Shown: positions 11,225 to 25,044 of the stretch, one piece after another | How the letters are laid out: every line of letters starts with the position of its first letter | Position numbering within the stretch: position 1 is the stretch's first letter | Assembly: GCA_003427395.1 (NCBI GenBank) | Contig: BFEA01000015.1 | Location: forward strand, 4,478,898-4,526,488 | Reading direction: 5' to 3' | Source of the DNA: Chara braunii | Lineage: Eukaryota; Plantae; Charophyceae | DNA length: 47,591 nucleotides | The notes under the pieces: model-generated | Told to the model about the DNA's origin: nothing | Seen by the model: only the letters and a program-made list of their open reading frames with translations | Databases searched by the model: none | Translations under genes and position numbers: made by a program

Positions 11225-12826
11225 TTAATCCTTGCAAAGAGCTTGCGCTATTTTCAACAGCGCGTCACACAGCATCCGCTGTCCGGAATCCCAAACCTGG
11301 CACTGTGTCTCCTGCGCTCTCACCTCCCTGAGGCTCCCTCTCCATAATGTCCCACTGCCGCTGTAGCACATCGCACTACCTTTTGCTCGCCCTGTCCACA
11401 GAATCGGCGACGACTTTCGAGTGGGACTGCATGACGTCCGTCACAACTTCAAACACATTCTGTCGCGCACTCTTCCTCTTCGCCATCTTCGCACCGACGG
11501 TTTCGCTGACATGTTCACTGCCATCCCCAACATCGCCTTTGCAATTGTCACTTGCGGAAGTTTCCCCACCTTTGACCCCCCCACCCCCTTGTTGCTGTGA
11601 CATCCCGCTGTCGACGAGGTTCAGAGGATTGGTCGTTTGGCTTTTGCTCTACATTGCAGCGATCCCTTGATACAATTGCCGGTCCATCTGGAACGTGCAT
11701 CCTTTGTCAGCCCGTTGTTTAGGAGTGAGTATAAAAAAAAACTGCATATCTGAATCCTTCTCCCTATCAAAAACTTTCTTGTACCACCCAATCACACTCT
11801 CCCAATGCTTCATACACGTATCCCACTCCTTCACCACCCCTTGTGCGGACATCCTTTTGGCGATGTCCGTCCACTTCCATTCCTTGTTTTTCATTCTAGC
11901 AAAATTAGACCCTGCGGCTGCCATCGCCTCGTCGTAATCCCTCTTGCACCGCACTAGGACAAGGGACTCGTCCAGACTCCAATAGGTGTGGCCGACACTT
12001 GTCCCGCCTCCTCTATCCGCACCGACCACCTTCGCGTTTCCCTTTCCTCTACCCCTCCCGGCCCAGTTCGTGCTCCACCTCCTGTGTTTCGAGCACCGGG
12101 TTGCAAGGACGGCTCGTCCTCTATGTCGCCTTCCACGTCATCCACGTCGTCTCCATCGACCGCACCATCTCCGTAGTCGTCACCTTCTGTGTCACGCTCC
12201 CCGTCACTCGTTGCCCGCATCGTCGAAACCCGAGCAATGATTCTTTCCACACAGCGCGTCGTTGATGGCAAGCTCTCTGATCGCCCGGTCCGTTGCACCC
12301 CCACAACCGCACCTGATGGACCCCCGACTGCTGGACTAAACTCCGACTGCTGGCCACAGCCGCCTCTGTACGCAGTCGTAGCCTGTCCTGCATGGCTCGC
12401 ATGGCTACGACTGCCGCGACCACCCTGCACACCAACCGATGGGTCACCGGTGGATTGGCTGGGGTGATCGACGAGAACAGTGTGCGTGGCTGCTCTTTGG
12501 CCCCCAGAGGATAATTGAAGATCCAACGGCGGGCACATCCCATGTCGGCCGTCAGAATACAGGAGTGATTCCATCGCTCCTTCGCTGGCTGCACCCCGCA
12601 TCACTGTCCGTGCACCCTCCGACATTGACTGCGTGGATCCGTACGCTAATGGCAACGTGGCAAAGGGGGGCGCCCAAGTGTCGTCATCAGGCAGCGGCTG
12701 GTGATGGGGTAGCAGATGGGCATAAAGACTGGGGTCGAACCGGGGTGGGGCTTCGTTCCCATCACCGAACATCGGCCCTGCTCCCATGCCATACGTGTAC
12801 CTCTCATGGCCGTTCACACCTGCCAT
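11225..12826 (-). pseudogene. Harbinger ORF1 Myb/SANT-like (trihelix GT-1 type) DNA-binding protein, disrupted
   Basis: 'YWSLDESLVLVRCK...KWTDIAKRMSAQGVVKEWDTCMKHWESVIGWYKKV' (11649-12029) has the W..W..W trihelix pattern. It lies inside the TIRs, convergent with the transposase, with a frameshift near 12030 and internal stops. Ends are approximate. Confidence 0.85.
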
Positions 12827-13796
12827 GATTGTTGTCGGCTTCCTATGCGATGTCGTGTTCGGCAACCTCCGCTTTTTTGTCCTCGCACGGCCGCGCAGCA
12901 AACCAGACAGGTGCAAGAGGACGATGACCACAAGGACCAGCAAGACGACACACAAAACGACAATCTTCCCAAGATGGTCTGCCATGAAACCGGACGTCAC
13001 GGATACGATGGCAACCTAGGAAGACGTCAAGCGTGCTCTGAAGGCGACGAAGACCACGACGTTGGTGCACAACGCCATAAATTACAAGACGCTTGTCGCG
13101 CATGTGAAGTACAACATCACACGCACATACAAACGCAGGGAATGGAGTCCACCACCACCGTTCAAATTTGAACTGCCCCGACCAGACACCCTCCCACCCT
13201 CCACCCCCGCTGCACGCCAGCCCACTGCCCGCCTCCAACGGCCAGTCCGCTCAACGGCCATTTCTCCCCCCCGCCCCCCCCAGCACAAGCCACACTCCAA
13301 CGCGGATGGTACCACTGCCAACGAGCTGTTGAGAGGCCTGTCGGACAGCTGGACCAACCGGTAGACCTGGAACAGTCCACAAAAAAAAATAAAATAAAAA
13401 ATTATCGCCACCGATGTCGGAGCCGCCGTCCCCTCGCACTTGAACTCAAGGCTCCCCAGAGAGGTAGCTTGAGCTCAAGTGCGAATTTGCCCCGGCGGCA
13501 CTTGAGTTTCGAGGGCTAGCACTAGAGTGCAGGAAAGTAGAAACAACTCCATGGCCAGGTTAGGGTGGGGTCAAACGAAAAATCTCCTTCAACCCTTGAG
13601 TTCAAGTGGTGTCGAACGAGACCCATAACAACATGATCTGCCCGAAAACAACGTACTGGGTAAAGGGCCGCCCTAGAAAAGTTGTACCTCAAAATTCATT
13701 GCACAACGTATGCAAGTATTTGAATACAATGTACCCCGTACGTTGTATTCGTATACAACATATACAATGTACGTGAGGTTTTTCGCGGTAAGAAGG

Positions 13797-13800
<4 letters not shown>

Positions 13801-13833
<33 letters not shown>

Positions 13834-15666
13834 ATGAATCCCTCCAGTGCTAGTGATGTTGATAAGAGCAACTCCACTAGCACCTGGGGAAAGGCTCCAT
13901 CTATTGGTGGGGAGCATCACCTGCTGGAAAACGGGTCCAGCGTCCCATCATGAGCATGATACAACTGGAATACAACGAAAGGAATGTATGAGGAACCTGC
14001 CAGCATTGATTGCCCTGGTCGCCAGGGGATTGACTGCGCAGGGGGGGAACCTCTTCCCCCTCATTCTGGCACCAGATTCTTGCTGCTACATACTGGCTCT
14101 CTCTCGCCTGCTGGAAACCGGGTCCAGCGTCCCTTTTGAAATACATTGAAATACATTCACTAAGCAAGATATAGGAAGTAAAAAGGGGCCTCTGCACCCT
14201 GCAGCTGGCGCCAGATGTCTTCTGCCACTTACCAGCCCCCCTCTCCCTGTTCTTTGTTGTAGGAGCTGCAGTTAAGAATGAAGAGAGAGACCGGCCTCCC
14301 CGGGGGGTTCCAGGGGGGGGGTCCTCTTTTAAGCAAGGGAGTAAAGATGTGAGGGGAATAAGATGGGGGAAGTACAAATCAGGTCAGGAGTTCTGTCAAG
14401 GAGAGGGCATGGGGAGGGAAAGGGTCTGGAAAATCCTCAGGGGGGCGGAGGGGGAAAAAGGGTTCAATATTAGTCCAATCGTTGAAGATTAGGCGGTAAT
14501 CCCTAATCTCTTCTATTTCCATTAGCTCTTTTGGTTCTTCCCTCTTGTCTCCGCTCCATTCGACTTTTGCTATCCATCCTTCTCTCTCCCCGCCTACCCA
14601 GTCCGTGCAGAATGCTGTGATCCGTCTCCTGATGTCACTTCGTTGTTTAAACTGATCTAGCTGTACATTTGTGTCTTGCCATCTTTGTGTAAGTTCGAAA
14701 TATATCTGTTGCTGGATCTGTTCGAAAATTTCCGTCTCCTCTACTCTCACATTTTTCCGGGCCAGCACACATCTCTGCCACCAAAGTGCCCACATTACTG
14801 CTCTCCTCCCAAGTCTAAACATGTTTTCCATGAAGGTCGAGGCAGCTTCTGCCTGAGTCCAGTGGCCAGTCAAAATGGCTCGCCAAGACCAAGGCCACGG
14901 AATCGCGGAGCCCATCTTTCTCCAAATGCAATCCCACCATCGCCACGTGAATTGAGCAATCGGACATTGCATGAAGATGTGCTCGATAGTTTCCGCTTTT
15001 TTATAAAACGGGAAGAGGCTCTGGCATCTGCGGCACCATGGGAGTAGCAGACCCTTTTCTTCTAAATTCGTTCGGTCGATTAGCCAATCGTTTGTCGGCA
15101 AGCAGCGGTGGGCAATCTGCCACTGTAGGGAAATGATTTTCATGGGTTTTGTCTTTTATGCTTGGAACCACTTAATTGGGGATAACAGAGAGCGGTCCAC
15201 ATTCAGATGTGTAACCCAACGGTCAATCACAACGTCTCTAAGCCGTCTTTTGGGTCTGAGCATTTTGTAAGCCGATTTGGTCGACAGCTGGTGAAGGCTG
15301 ATACTTCTCCCTTTGGGGCCCTCTCTTCTTGGGGAGAGGTCCCATGACCATTCTGCGGGGTCCAAGGCCAAATCCTGTATTGATTTGGCAGGCTGGAAAA
15401 TCTTCTTCTGACCTTTCTCCTCAAGAACTCTGACCTTGTGGACAACAGTTTTTTCCTTTCATTCGAAGGGGGCTTTACTCTCTTGGAGGAAATCTGTTCT
15501 AGCAATTTCGTAGTATTCAATTAAAACAGTTTGGGGTGAGGTCATATGTATCAGTCCCACCCGTTGTGGGTGCTCTGTGCTTGCTACCCAGTCTCCCTCT
15601 TTTAGGGAGGGGCCTTGTCTAAGAATTTGGTACCATGCGAGGGGGATGGCTTCCCTCCTTCTTATA
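13801..15666 (-). mobile_element. Second 5'-truncated L1/Tx1-like LINE
   Basis: Poly(T) at 13801-13829. ORF 14379-15143 reads 'WQIAHRCLPTN...WCRRC...ETIEHIFMQCP' (zf-RVT) and is clearly paralogous to the LINE at 6586-8940. Confidence 0.88.
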
Positions 15667-15965
15667 CATCACGGCAGGTTCGCATGTGTTAGCCAGTTTG
15701 AAAAGTTTTCGTTGCATCTACAACGTTCAGAATTTCATTGTCGGGTAAAACATGGATTCGTCCATTGACTGCAGGCCGATAGCGGTCATCCTTGGCCTTG
15801 CTCGGTAAGGTATAAGGTCATCATACTGAATCACCTTCCCCCACTTATCCGCTTGGCGACGTCATGCTTGTTCGATGCCCAACTCCATCGGGGTTGCAAC
15901 GATTTCGCTGTTCCGAAGAAACAAATGGCATATATGTAAGATGATGCAGTAGTCATTATGTGCAT

Positions 15966-17900
15966 TCAGCGTGCGTGATCTATTGCTGCCAACGATTTGA
16001 TTGCCTTCAATGCGTTGCTCTTCCTGATTTTTAATCCAGTTTTACCTTTCTTTTCGCTTTTCCATCCCCATGCCACACATGTTATGTTTTGCCATCCAGG
16101 CGAAGATTCGTTCTCATATCGCCATGTTTTGTTCCACGCGTCTTCGTACAACTTACACATACCGGTCTCTTTGCCCTGTGGCCTCCAATACTCTACGAGA
16201 ATTTGCTCTTAGTCGCGTCTTCGTACAACTTACACATACCGGTCTCTTTGACCTGTGACCTCCAATACTCTACGAGAATTTGCTATGAGTTCTCAGATTT
16301 CTCTTGCATACGTCCTACCCAAAAACTAACTCCTTTGTCCGCATTCTCGTCTGGAGCTCGCATCACTACGAAAGAACCGATATCAACATGCTTTGCCGGC
16401 TTGAACTCCGGTTTCAGGGCATCACTCTTATAACCTACAAAACATTGTTTCCTCGGCGGCGAATCAACAATAGGAAGTTCCATCTTCACCTCTTTTATGC
16501 TTCCCGTCATCGGCGTTGGCCAGAACAGAGTTGACAACGGAGCGGGTTGTGAGGTTTTTTCCTGTTCCAGCTTATTGAACATGTCTAACTTTTTCTCCTA
16601 GTAGTTCAGACGACTTGTTTTCAACTGATGTTTCCAATCTTTGTGTTTCTAGAATTCTAGCCGCTCGTCTTTCCACTCCTCGACCAAGGCACTCACACCT
16701 TGGCGACCTTTGACAAAGTCTCCATTGTCTGAGTTCAACTTCAAGCCACACGGTTCCAACAGAAAAGACGGCCCCGCCCATCTCCCATATCCATCCCGCT
16801 TGAACCAATAAATTGCTCCGCCCTCCGACAACCATTCACTGTCATTGCAATGTTCTTTGTAGACCATCGCAGGGTTGTCTCCGTCCATATAAAACTTAAA
16901 CAAGTGCGGAGTGGAGTGGCCACCAATACGCATGTCGAGGAAGTCTTTGACTGCACCTTTCCAATCCGCCATCTCATTGATAAACGTGAAATCGACCTCA
17001 TCCTTTGTGGAATTTCTAAGTGCGGCGAACAACTTGTCTATCGTGTAAGTATCCATGTCCGCTAGTTTTCTAGCAAATAAGCTGAACTTTGCATCGATGT
17101 CTATATGCGTGTGACCCACTATCATAAATCCCATTTCAACAACCTCGAAAATGCGGAACTTCACAAATAATGCTAGGTACGCGAACACATATCTGTTTTT
17201 GTTTTGACTACCGCAGTTGTCCGCTTGGAGTCTGAAAACAGGAGGCAACACTCCCGACTGCCTCTGCACGTCTCTCAACACCTTTGCGATCGAAGACACA
17301 ATCGAATCCGAACCATGGGGGAACAAAGGAAACCATGTGTGCACAAGAATGTGTGGACTCCTCCCATGCACGAGAATGCCCGTGAGGTTTGTTTTCATCA
17401 TTGTGCGATTATCTATTGCCTTTGATGTGCGGTTCCTAGTTGTGTGAGGAATGGAAGTTTTTGCTTGGTCCATACCATCAATTATGATGCACAAGTTTTT
17501 TTCTCTCATGAACCTAGATTCGGCCGACCATATGTCATACCGTTTCCGATGCGTCTCTTGCAACAATCTATGGCGATTCAGTTTTGCAATGCAGTGTGCA
17601 TTCTGCGTTCAGGTCAGCCGAAGGCGGAGCGGCGCGGGTTTGACGAAGCTCTTTAATAATGTTGTCGAGGTTCAATCGTCGAACTACGTTGTCGGATGCG
17701 GGAACACACCCTCGGGAAAGTTGTGGCTTTCTACGAGGACTTCGCACGGACAACGCCGATGACCTGCGCTTGCAACTTCCCCCGTATAGTGAAGGGGATC
17801 TGCTCTCGTCGCTGGAGTGTGCATAGTTTCTGCAAGGCAATTATAAACGAAAGCACGAAAGGAGTAAGAAAGCGGCAATCATACCCGTAGTTGGCACAAG
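15966..17900 (-). pseudogene. Sola-like / DUF7869-type DDD transposase, decayed
   Basis: ORF 16649-17566 has IIIDGMDQ, LQADNCGSQNKN and MIVGHTHIDIDAKFS, a D-D-D triad context typical of Sola-related transposases. Flanking frames are broken and include a 76-bp tandem duplication at ~16135-16284. Confidence 0.75.
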
Positions 17901-18129
17901 ACCCTGCTATGTTATGTTCCTGCTTTGGTATGACACCCGCCCGTCTAACGGTCAACTGCAGCCACCACGCCCGGCCATCTGATGATCCAGTGTCCGCACG
18001 NCCCCCCCCCCTCCCCCCCCCTATTTGATGGCCAGTGTCCGGCACGACATAGGGCCACTCGAATATCTAGCTCTTGCACACGACCACCCCCTGGTCTAGC
18101 TGCGGCACAACAGCCGCCTACCTAACGGT

Positions 18130-21100
18130 CAATCGCAGACACGACACGCGACCATCCTGCCATCCTGCAACCCTGCCATCCTGCCATCCTACCCCCCGAC
18201 CATCCTCCGATCCCGCCATCCTGCAATCCTCCCATCCTGCCATCCCACCACCCTCCCATCCTCCCATCCTCCCATCCTCCCATCCTCCCATCCTCCCATC
18301 CTCCCATCCCACCATCCTCCCATCCGATGGTCGGGCTTCAACGCGACAACCCACCATACGATGGTCGAGCTTCACCGCTCCACCCGACCGTCGTGCCATC
18401 CTGCCATCCGGACCAACCGACCATCCTGCCATCCGACCACCCCACCGTCCTGCCATCCGAGCGCCCGACCATCCTGCAGTCCGGTCATTCGAACACCCGA
18501 CCATCCAACCTTCCTGCCTGCCCGCCACCGGACCAAACGACCATCATGCCATCCGACCACCCTATCGTCCTGCCATCCGAGCGCCTTACCATCCTGCAGT
18601 CCTACCATCCGAGCGCCCTACCATCCTGCAGTCCTGCCATCCAAACATCACACTATCGTCGAGCCGCGCCATCCGATGGTCGGGCTTCAACGCGACACCC
18701 TACTATCCGATGGTGGGGCTTCAACGCGACACCCCACCATCCGATGGTCGGGCTTCGACGCGACACTCCACCATACGATGGCCGAGCTTCACCGCTCCAT
18801 CCGACCGTCGCGCCATCCTGCCATCCTGCCATCCTGCCGCCCGACCGTCCTTCGATCTTGCCATTCCGCCATCTTGCCATCCTCCCATCCAGCCATCCCA
18901 CCACCCGACCATCCTCCCATCCTCCCATCCTCCCATTCTCCCATCCTGCCATCCTCCCATCCGATGGTCGGGCTTCAACGCGACACCCCACCGTACAATG
19001 GTCGAGCTTCACCGCTCCACCCGACCGACGTGCCATCCTCCGATCCGGACCAACCGACCGTCCTGCCATCCGACCACCCCACCGTCCTGCCATCCGAGCG
19101 CCTGACCATCCTGCAGTCCTATCATTCGAACACCCGACCATCCAACCTTCCTGCCTGCCCGCCACCGGACCAACCGACCGTCATGCCATCCGAACGCCCT
19201 ACCATCCTGCAGTCCTGCCATCCAAACATCACCGCGCCATCCGATGGTCGGGCTTCAACGTTACACCCTACTATCCGATGGCGGGGCTTCAACGTGACAC
19301 CCCACCATCCGATGGTCGAGCTTCGACGCGACACTCCACCATACGATGGTCGAGCTTCACCGCCCCACCCGACCATTGTGCCATCCTGGCATCCTGCAAC
19401 CCTGCCATCCTGCCATCCTGTCGCCCGACCATCCTCCGATCTTGCCATTCCGCCATCCTGCCATTCTCCCATCCTGCCATCCCACCACCCGACCATCCTC
19501 CCATCCTCCCATCCTCCCATCCGATGGTCGGACTTCAACGCGACACCCCACCATACGATGGTCGAGCTTAACCGCTCCACCTGACCGTCGTGCCGTCCTG
19601 GCATCCTGCAACCCTGCCATCCTGCCATCCGACCATCCGACCATCCTGCCATCCTGCGACCCGCCCAGAACCCTAAACCCTACACCATCCAGGGAGTCGG
19701 ACCCGACCTTGAACCCTGAACCCTAGACCCTGAACCACCGTCCTGCCATCCGGCGGTCGGACCGTCCTGTCATCCTGCCATCCTGCCATCCGAACATCCT
19801 CCTATCTTGGCATCCCGCCATCCGAACATCCTCCTATCCCGGCATCCCGCCAACCTGCCCGTCCCGCCATCCTGCCAGCCGACCATCCAGCCATCCCACC
19901 ACCCGACCATCCTCCCATCCTCCCATCCTCCCATCCTCCCATCCTCCCATCCTCCCATCCTCCCATCCTCCCATCCTGCCATCCTCCCATCCGATGGTCG
20001 GGCTTCAACGCGACACCCCACCATACGATGGTCGAGCTTCACCGCTCCACCCGACCGTCGTGCCATCCTGCCATCCGGACCAACCGACCNNNNNNNNNNN
20101 NNNNNNNNNNNNNNNNNNNNNNNNNNNNNNNNNNNNNNNNNNNNNNNNNNNNNNNNNNNNNNNNNNNNNNNNNNNNNNNNNNNNNNNNNNNNNNNNNNNN
20201 NNNNNNNNNNNNNNNNNNNNNNNNNNNNNNNNNNNNNNNNNNNNNNNNNNNNNNNNNNNNNNNNNNNNNNNNNNNNNNNNNNNNNNNNNNNNNNNNNNNN
20301 NNNNNNNNNNNNNNNNNNNTGTCATTCGAACACCCGACCATCCAACCTTCCTGCCTGCCCGCCACCGGACCAACCGACCATCATGCCATCCGACCACCCC
20401 ACCGTCCTGCCATCTGAGCGCCCTACCATCCTGCAGTCCTACCATCCGAGCGCCCTACCATCCTGCAGTCCTGCCATCCAAACATCACCCTATCGTCGTG
20501 CCGCGCCATCCGATGGTCGGGCTTCAACACGACACCCTACTGTCCGATGGCGGGGCTTCAACGCGACACCCCACCACCCGATGGTCGAGCTTCGACGCGA
20601 CACTCCACCATACGATGGTTGAGCATCACGGCTCCACCCGACCGTCGTGCCATCCTGGCATCCTGCAACCCTGCCATCCTGCCATCCTGCTCCACTTGAC
20701 CATCGTGCCATCCTGGCATCCTGCAACCCTGCCATCCTGCCATCCTGCCACCCGACCATCCTCCGATCTTGCCATTCCGCTATCCTGCCATCCCCCCATC
20801 CTGCCATCCCACCACCTTACCATCCTCCCATCCTCCCATCCTCCCGTCCTCCCATCCTCCCATCCTGCCATCCTCCCATCGAATGGTCGGGCTTCAACAC
20901 GACACCCCGCCATACAATGGTTGAGCTTCACCGCTCCACCTTACCGTCGTGCCATCTTGGCATCCTGCAACCCTGCCGTCCTGCCATCCTTCCACCCGAC
21001 CATCCTCCGATCTTGCCATTCCGCCATCCTGCCATCCTCCTATCCTGCCATCCCACCACCCGACCATCCTCCCATTCTCCCATCCTCCCATCCTGCCATT

Positions 21101-23390
21101 CTCCCATCCGATGGTCGGGCTTCAACGCGACACCCCACCATACGATGGTCAAGCTTCACCGCTCCACCTGACCGTCGTGCCATCCTGGCATCTTGCAACC
21201 CTGCCATCCCGCCATCCTGCCGCCCGACCATCCTCCGATCTTGCCATTCCGCCATCCTCCCATCCTGCCATCCTGCCATCCCACCACCCGACTATCTAAC
21301 CATCCTCCCATCCCGACATCCTCCCATCCGGTGGTCGGGCTTCAACGCGACACCCCACCATACGATGGTCGAGCTTCACCGCTCCACCCGACCGTCGTGC
21401 CATCCTGCCATCCGGACCAACCGACCNNNNNNNNNNNNNNNNNNNNNNNNNNNNNNNNNNNNNNNNNNNNNNNNNNNNNNNNNNNNNNNNNNNNNNNNNN
21501 NNNNNNNNNNNNNNNNNNNNNNNNNNNNNNNNNNNNNNNNNNNNNNNNNNNNNNNNNNNNNNNNNNNNNNNNNNNNNNNNNNNNNNNNNNNNNNNNNNNN
21601 NNNNNNNNNNNNNNNNNNNNNNNNNNNNNNNNNNNNNNNNNNNNNNNNNNNNNNNNNNNNNNNNNNNNNNNAACACCCGACCATCCAACCTTCCTGCCTG
21701 CCCGCCACCGGACCAACCGACCATCATGCCATCCGACCACCCCACCGTCCTGCCATCCGAGCGCCCTACCATCCTACAGTCCTGCCATCCAAACATCCCG
21801 CCATCCTCGCATCTTGCCATCCAAACATCTTGCCATCCGACCTTCCTGCTATCCGGCCTTCCTGCCATCCGACATTCCTGCCATTCGACCTTCCTGCCAT
21901 CCTGCCATCCTGCCATCTGGCCTTCAACCCTAGAGCCCGAACCACCACCCACCGTGTGTCCGAGCATGCATTGGACCGTCCGACCATCCGACCTTCCTGC
22001 CATTCCACCATCCGACCAATCGACCATCCGAACATCCGACCAATCGACCATCCGACCAATCGACCATCCGACCATTCCACCATCCGACCAATCGACCATT
22101 CGACCATCCGACCAATCGACCAGAACCCTAAACCCTACACCATCTAGGGAGGCGGACCCGACCTTGAAACCTAAACCCTAGACCTTGAACCCCGTCCTGC
22201 CATTCTGCCATCGTGCCACCCCATCATCCCACCATCCTGCCTTCCTGCCATTTTGCCATCCTTCCATCCCGCCATCTCGCCACCCGACCATCCGCCCACC
22301 AGACCATCCGACCACCCGCGGAGCCCGACCCGACCAGAACCCTAAACCCTACACCATCCAGGGAGGCGGACCTGACCATGAACCCTAAACCCTAGACCCT
22401 GAGCCGCACACGATCGACCGTCCAACCATGCGACCTTCCCGACGTCCTGCAATCGGACCACCCGACCATCCAACCATCCTGCCATCCCGCCACCCGACCA
22501 GAACCCTAAACCCCACACCGTCCAGGGATTCGGACCCGACCTTGAACCCTAAACCCTAGACCCTGAACCACACACGATCGACCGTCCAACCATGCGACCT
22601 TCCCGACGTCCTGCAACCCGACCACCCGACGATCCGACCATCCTGCCATCCCGCGACCCGCCCAGAACCCTAAACCCTACACCATCCAGGGAATCGGACC
22701 CGACCTTGAACCCTGAACCCTAGACCCTGAACCGTCGTCCTGCCATCCGGCCACCGGACTGTCCTACCATCCGAACATCCTCCTATCCCAGCATCCCACC
22801 AACCTGCCCGTCCAACCATCCTGCCAGCCGACCATCTTCCCTTCCGACCGTCCGACCATCCCGCCTTCGAACAATTTTACAATCCGACCGTCCGATCATC
22901 CGACTGTCCAATCATCCCGGCAGCCGACGAGCCTGAGTTGAACCGCAAGGCACAAACGACCGACCATCCGACCATCCGACCGAGCAGCCAACCATCCTGC
23001 CATCCGACCACCCGACCAGCCCACCGGCCAACAATTTTGCAGTCCGCCCGTCGGACCATTCGGCTGTCCAACCATACTGCCATCCGACCACCCTCACCTG
23101 AACCTCGAACCTTCGAATATCCGGCCACACTACTGTCCGACCGTGTCGCCATCATCTTGCCATCCGATGGTCGGGCTTCAACGCGACACCCCACCATCCG
23201 ATGGTCGGGCTTCAACGCGACACCCCACCATCCGATGGTCGGGCTTCAACGTGACACCCCACCATCCGATGGTCAGGCTTCAACGAGACACCCCACCATT
23301 TGATGGTCAGGCTTCATGAGACACCCCACCATCCGATGGTCGGGCTTCAACGCACCCTTCCCGCCATCCGATGGTCGGGTTTGAACGCGA
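18130..23390. repeat. Complex pyrimidine-rich satellite (CCATCCTG/CCATCCTC units, 33-bp CCATCCGATGGTCGGGCTTCAACGCGACACCCCA units, higher-order repeats)
   Basis: Dozens of near-identical units with two internal N gaps. The long Pro/Ser/His-rich ORFs are a by-product of the repeat. Confidence 0.95.
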
Positions 23391-23404
23391 ACCCACACCA
23401 TACA

Positions 23405-23720
23405 TCTTTCCGCCGCACCCTTCCCGGCATCAAGGCATCCGCCCTTCTCTTCTCGCCATCCACTCTTCTCGCCATAAAGGCTTCCGTCCACCTTTCCCGC
23501 CATCAAGGTTGTCACCCACCTTTCCCGCCATCCACTCTTCTCGCCATCCACTCTTCCCGCCATTCACTCCCCTCGCCATCCGCTCTTCTCGCCATCAAGG
23601 CTGTCACCCGCCCTTCCCGCCATCAAGGCTTCCGACCATGCACCCTTCCCGCCCCACTGTTCTCACCATCCACTGTTCTCGCCATCCACTGTTCTCGCCA
23701 TCAATCTTCTCGCCTTACAC
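23405..23720. repeat. Minisatellite of (CACT)CTTCTCGCCATC-type units
   Basis: Repeated TTCTCGCCATC/TTCCCGCCATC units. Confidence 0.85.
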
Positions 23721-25044
23721 CCTGTCCGCCAATCGGATGGCAATGTGGTCACGACCAACAAACGTGGGCAAACAAACACGACGTGCACAGGGTGGCGCGC
23801 GATGTGCAGACACGAGCATTTGCATGCACGATGGGACATTTTTAAGTATGGAAACGATGTCGCCAAAGTGCGGTAAGGAACATGACGTGCAGAGGGTGGC
23901 ACGTCAAGTGCATGCACGAAGGAGCTTTTCTCCCTGCCGCCCCTGACGAAACACTCGGTCGTGTCAGCTGCCAATGTGATCAAGGCTGTTTTCAACTGTG
24001 CCGCACAACCATTTTAGTACTATTACGCACTATCCAGAGATTAAAATCATTCTATCCATTCGGCGATATCCCGCACACCGTGCAGTTCCGTATTTCCAGT
24101 CACCAAAAAAGCAAGGCGAACACAAACAAGAAGAAAAAATAGAAAATCCATAATGAAAAAGTAACAACTTTTATAAAAAGGTCCACGAAATCCACCGACA
24201 TGAAATGACTAAATGGAAACCCGCCATGCGACACCCAAGGCATCAAAGATGCAGTTTCCACGGGTTCCCAAAACCACTAACCGCAAGGAACTTTTTATGG
24301 AAAGGAATGTCTCGCCGAAACAAACGAAGGAGATTTTTTGCGACACCACCCACGAAGTTTCCATGCAGGTGTTTTGTCCACCGTCCAAGGGACAAGAAAA
24401 TATAAAAAAAAAAACGAAAACTGACAAAGAGGCATCTTCCACATGACTGAAAACAGAAAACACGTGGTGACATAAGTCGAAGGAAGTCAGAGAAGGGAAA
24501 AAGGTCCGAAAAACGAAGTTTTGTCTGCGCACCTCTTTAGCAGTTGCTCCCTGCCTGATGCGTGATGACAGGCCAGGTGCAATGGCCGTGCTGCACCCTT
24601 GCCCCAAGTCGAGTGGAATGATTGGCGCGGACGATGTGTGTGACACGGAGCTGGGTTTGGCGCGAGAGCAGTGGCGATAACGCACGAGCAGTGCACGACG
24701 CGGGTGAGGCAGAGGCGCGAGCGATGGCGACAACACATTTTACCCTCCCATGCAAAACAAACGAGAGAACGTGGCACGAGGACTAACTTTTTCCCGCCGT
24801 TTTTTTTTTTTTTTTTTTCGGGCCAACCGCAAAATGGTGAGGAACTGGCACCGGGCCACGCCCCGACCCGGAGAAAAAAATATAATTCGGGTTGGGGGGT
24901 TGGACCAGGCCTGTTTTCTTTTTTCCTCCCGTTTGACGAATTCGGCCCATTTTGTCATGTGTTGGGCCTTGCGGGGGCCGGGGGGAGAAGAGGGCTTAGA
25001 ACGTGGCCCGTTTTAGCGGTTTCCAGAGTCGGGCCCGACCTTTT

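Larger units (their letters stand above)
4005..13624. mobile_element. Full-length decayed PIF/Harbinger DNA transposon
   Basis: 20-bp TIRs GGGTCTCGTTCTACACCACT (4005-4024) and AGTGGTGTCGAACGAGACCC (13605-13624). 3-bp TSD ATA at 4002-4004 and 13625-13627. Contains a DDE transposase and a Myb/SANT gene, the canonical two-gene layout. Confidence 0.92.
3471..13800. mobile_element. Putative older non-autonomous TIR element hosting the Harbinger insertion
   Basis: GCTACCTTCTGACC (3471-) and GGTAAGAAGGTAGC (-13800) are inverted with 1 mismatch. Both ends carry TACAATGTAC/TTGTATTCG motifs. The right TSD is obscured by the adjacent LINE tail. Confidence 0.45.

Noticed and set aside
18074-22181. Long Pro/Ser/His-rich ORFs (343-717 aa)
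   Set aside because: Open in several frames and on both strands because the satellite lacks stop codons. No domain signal.
22120-22735. True telomere or interstitial telomeric array
   Set aside because: Only 1-3 degenerate units per module, with no continuous (CCCTAAA)n tract.
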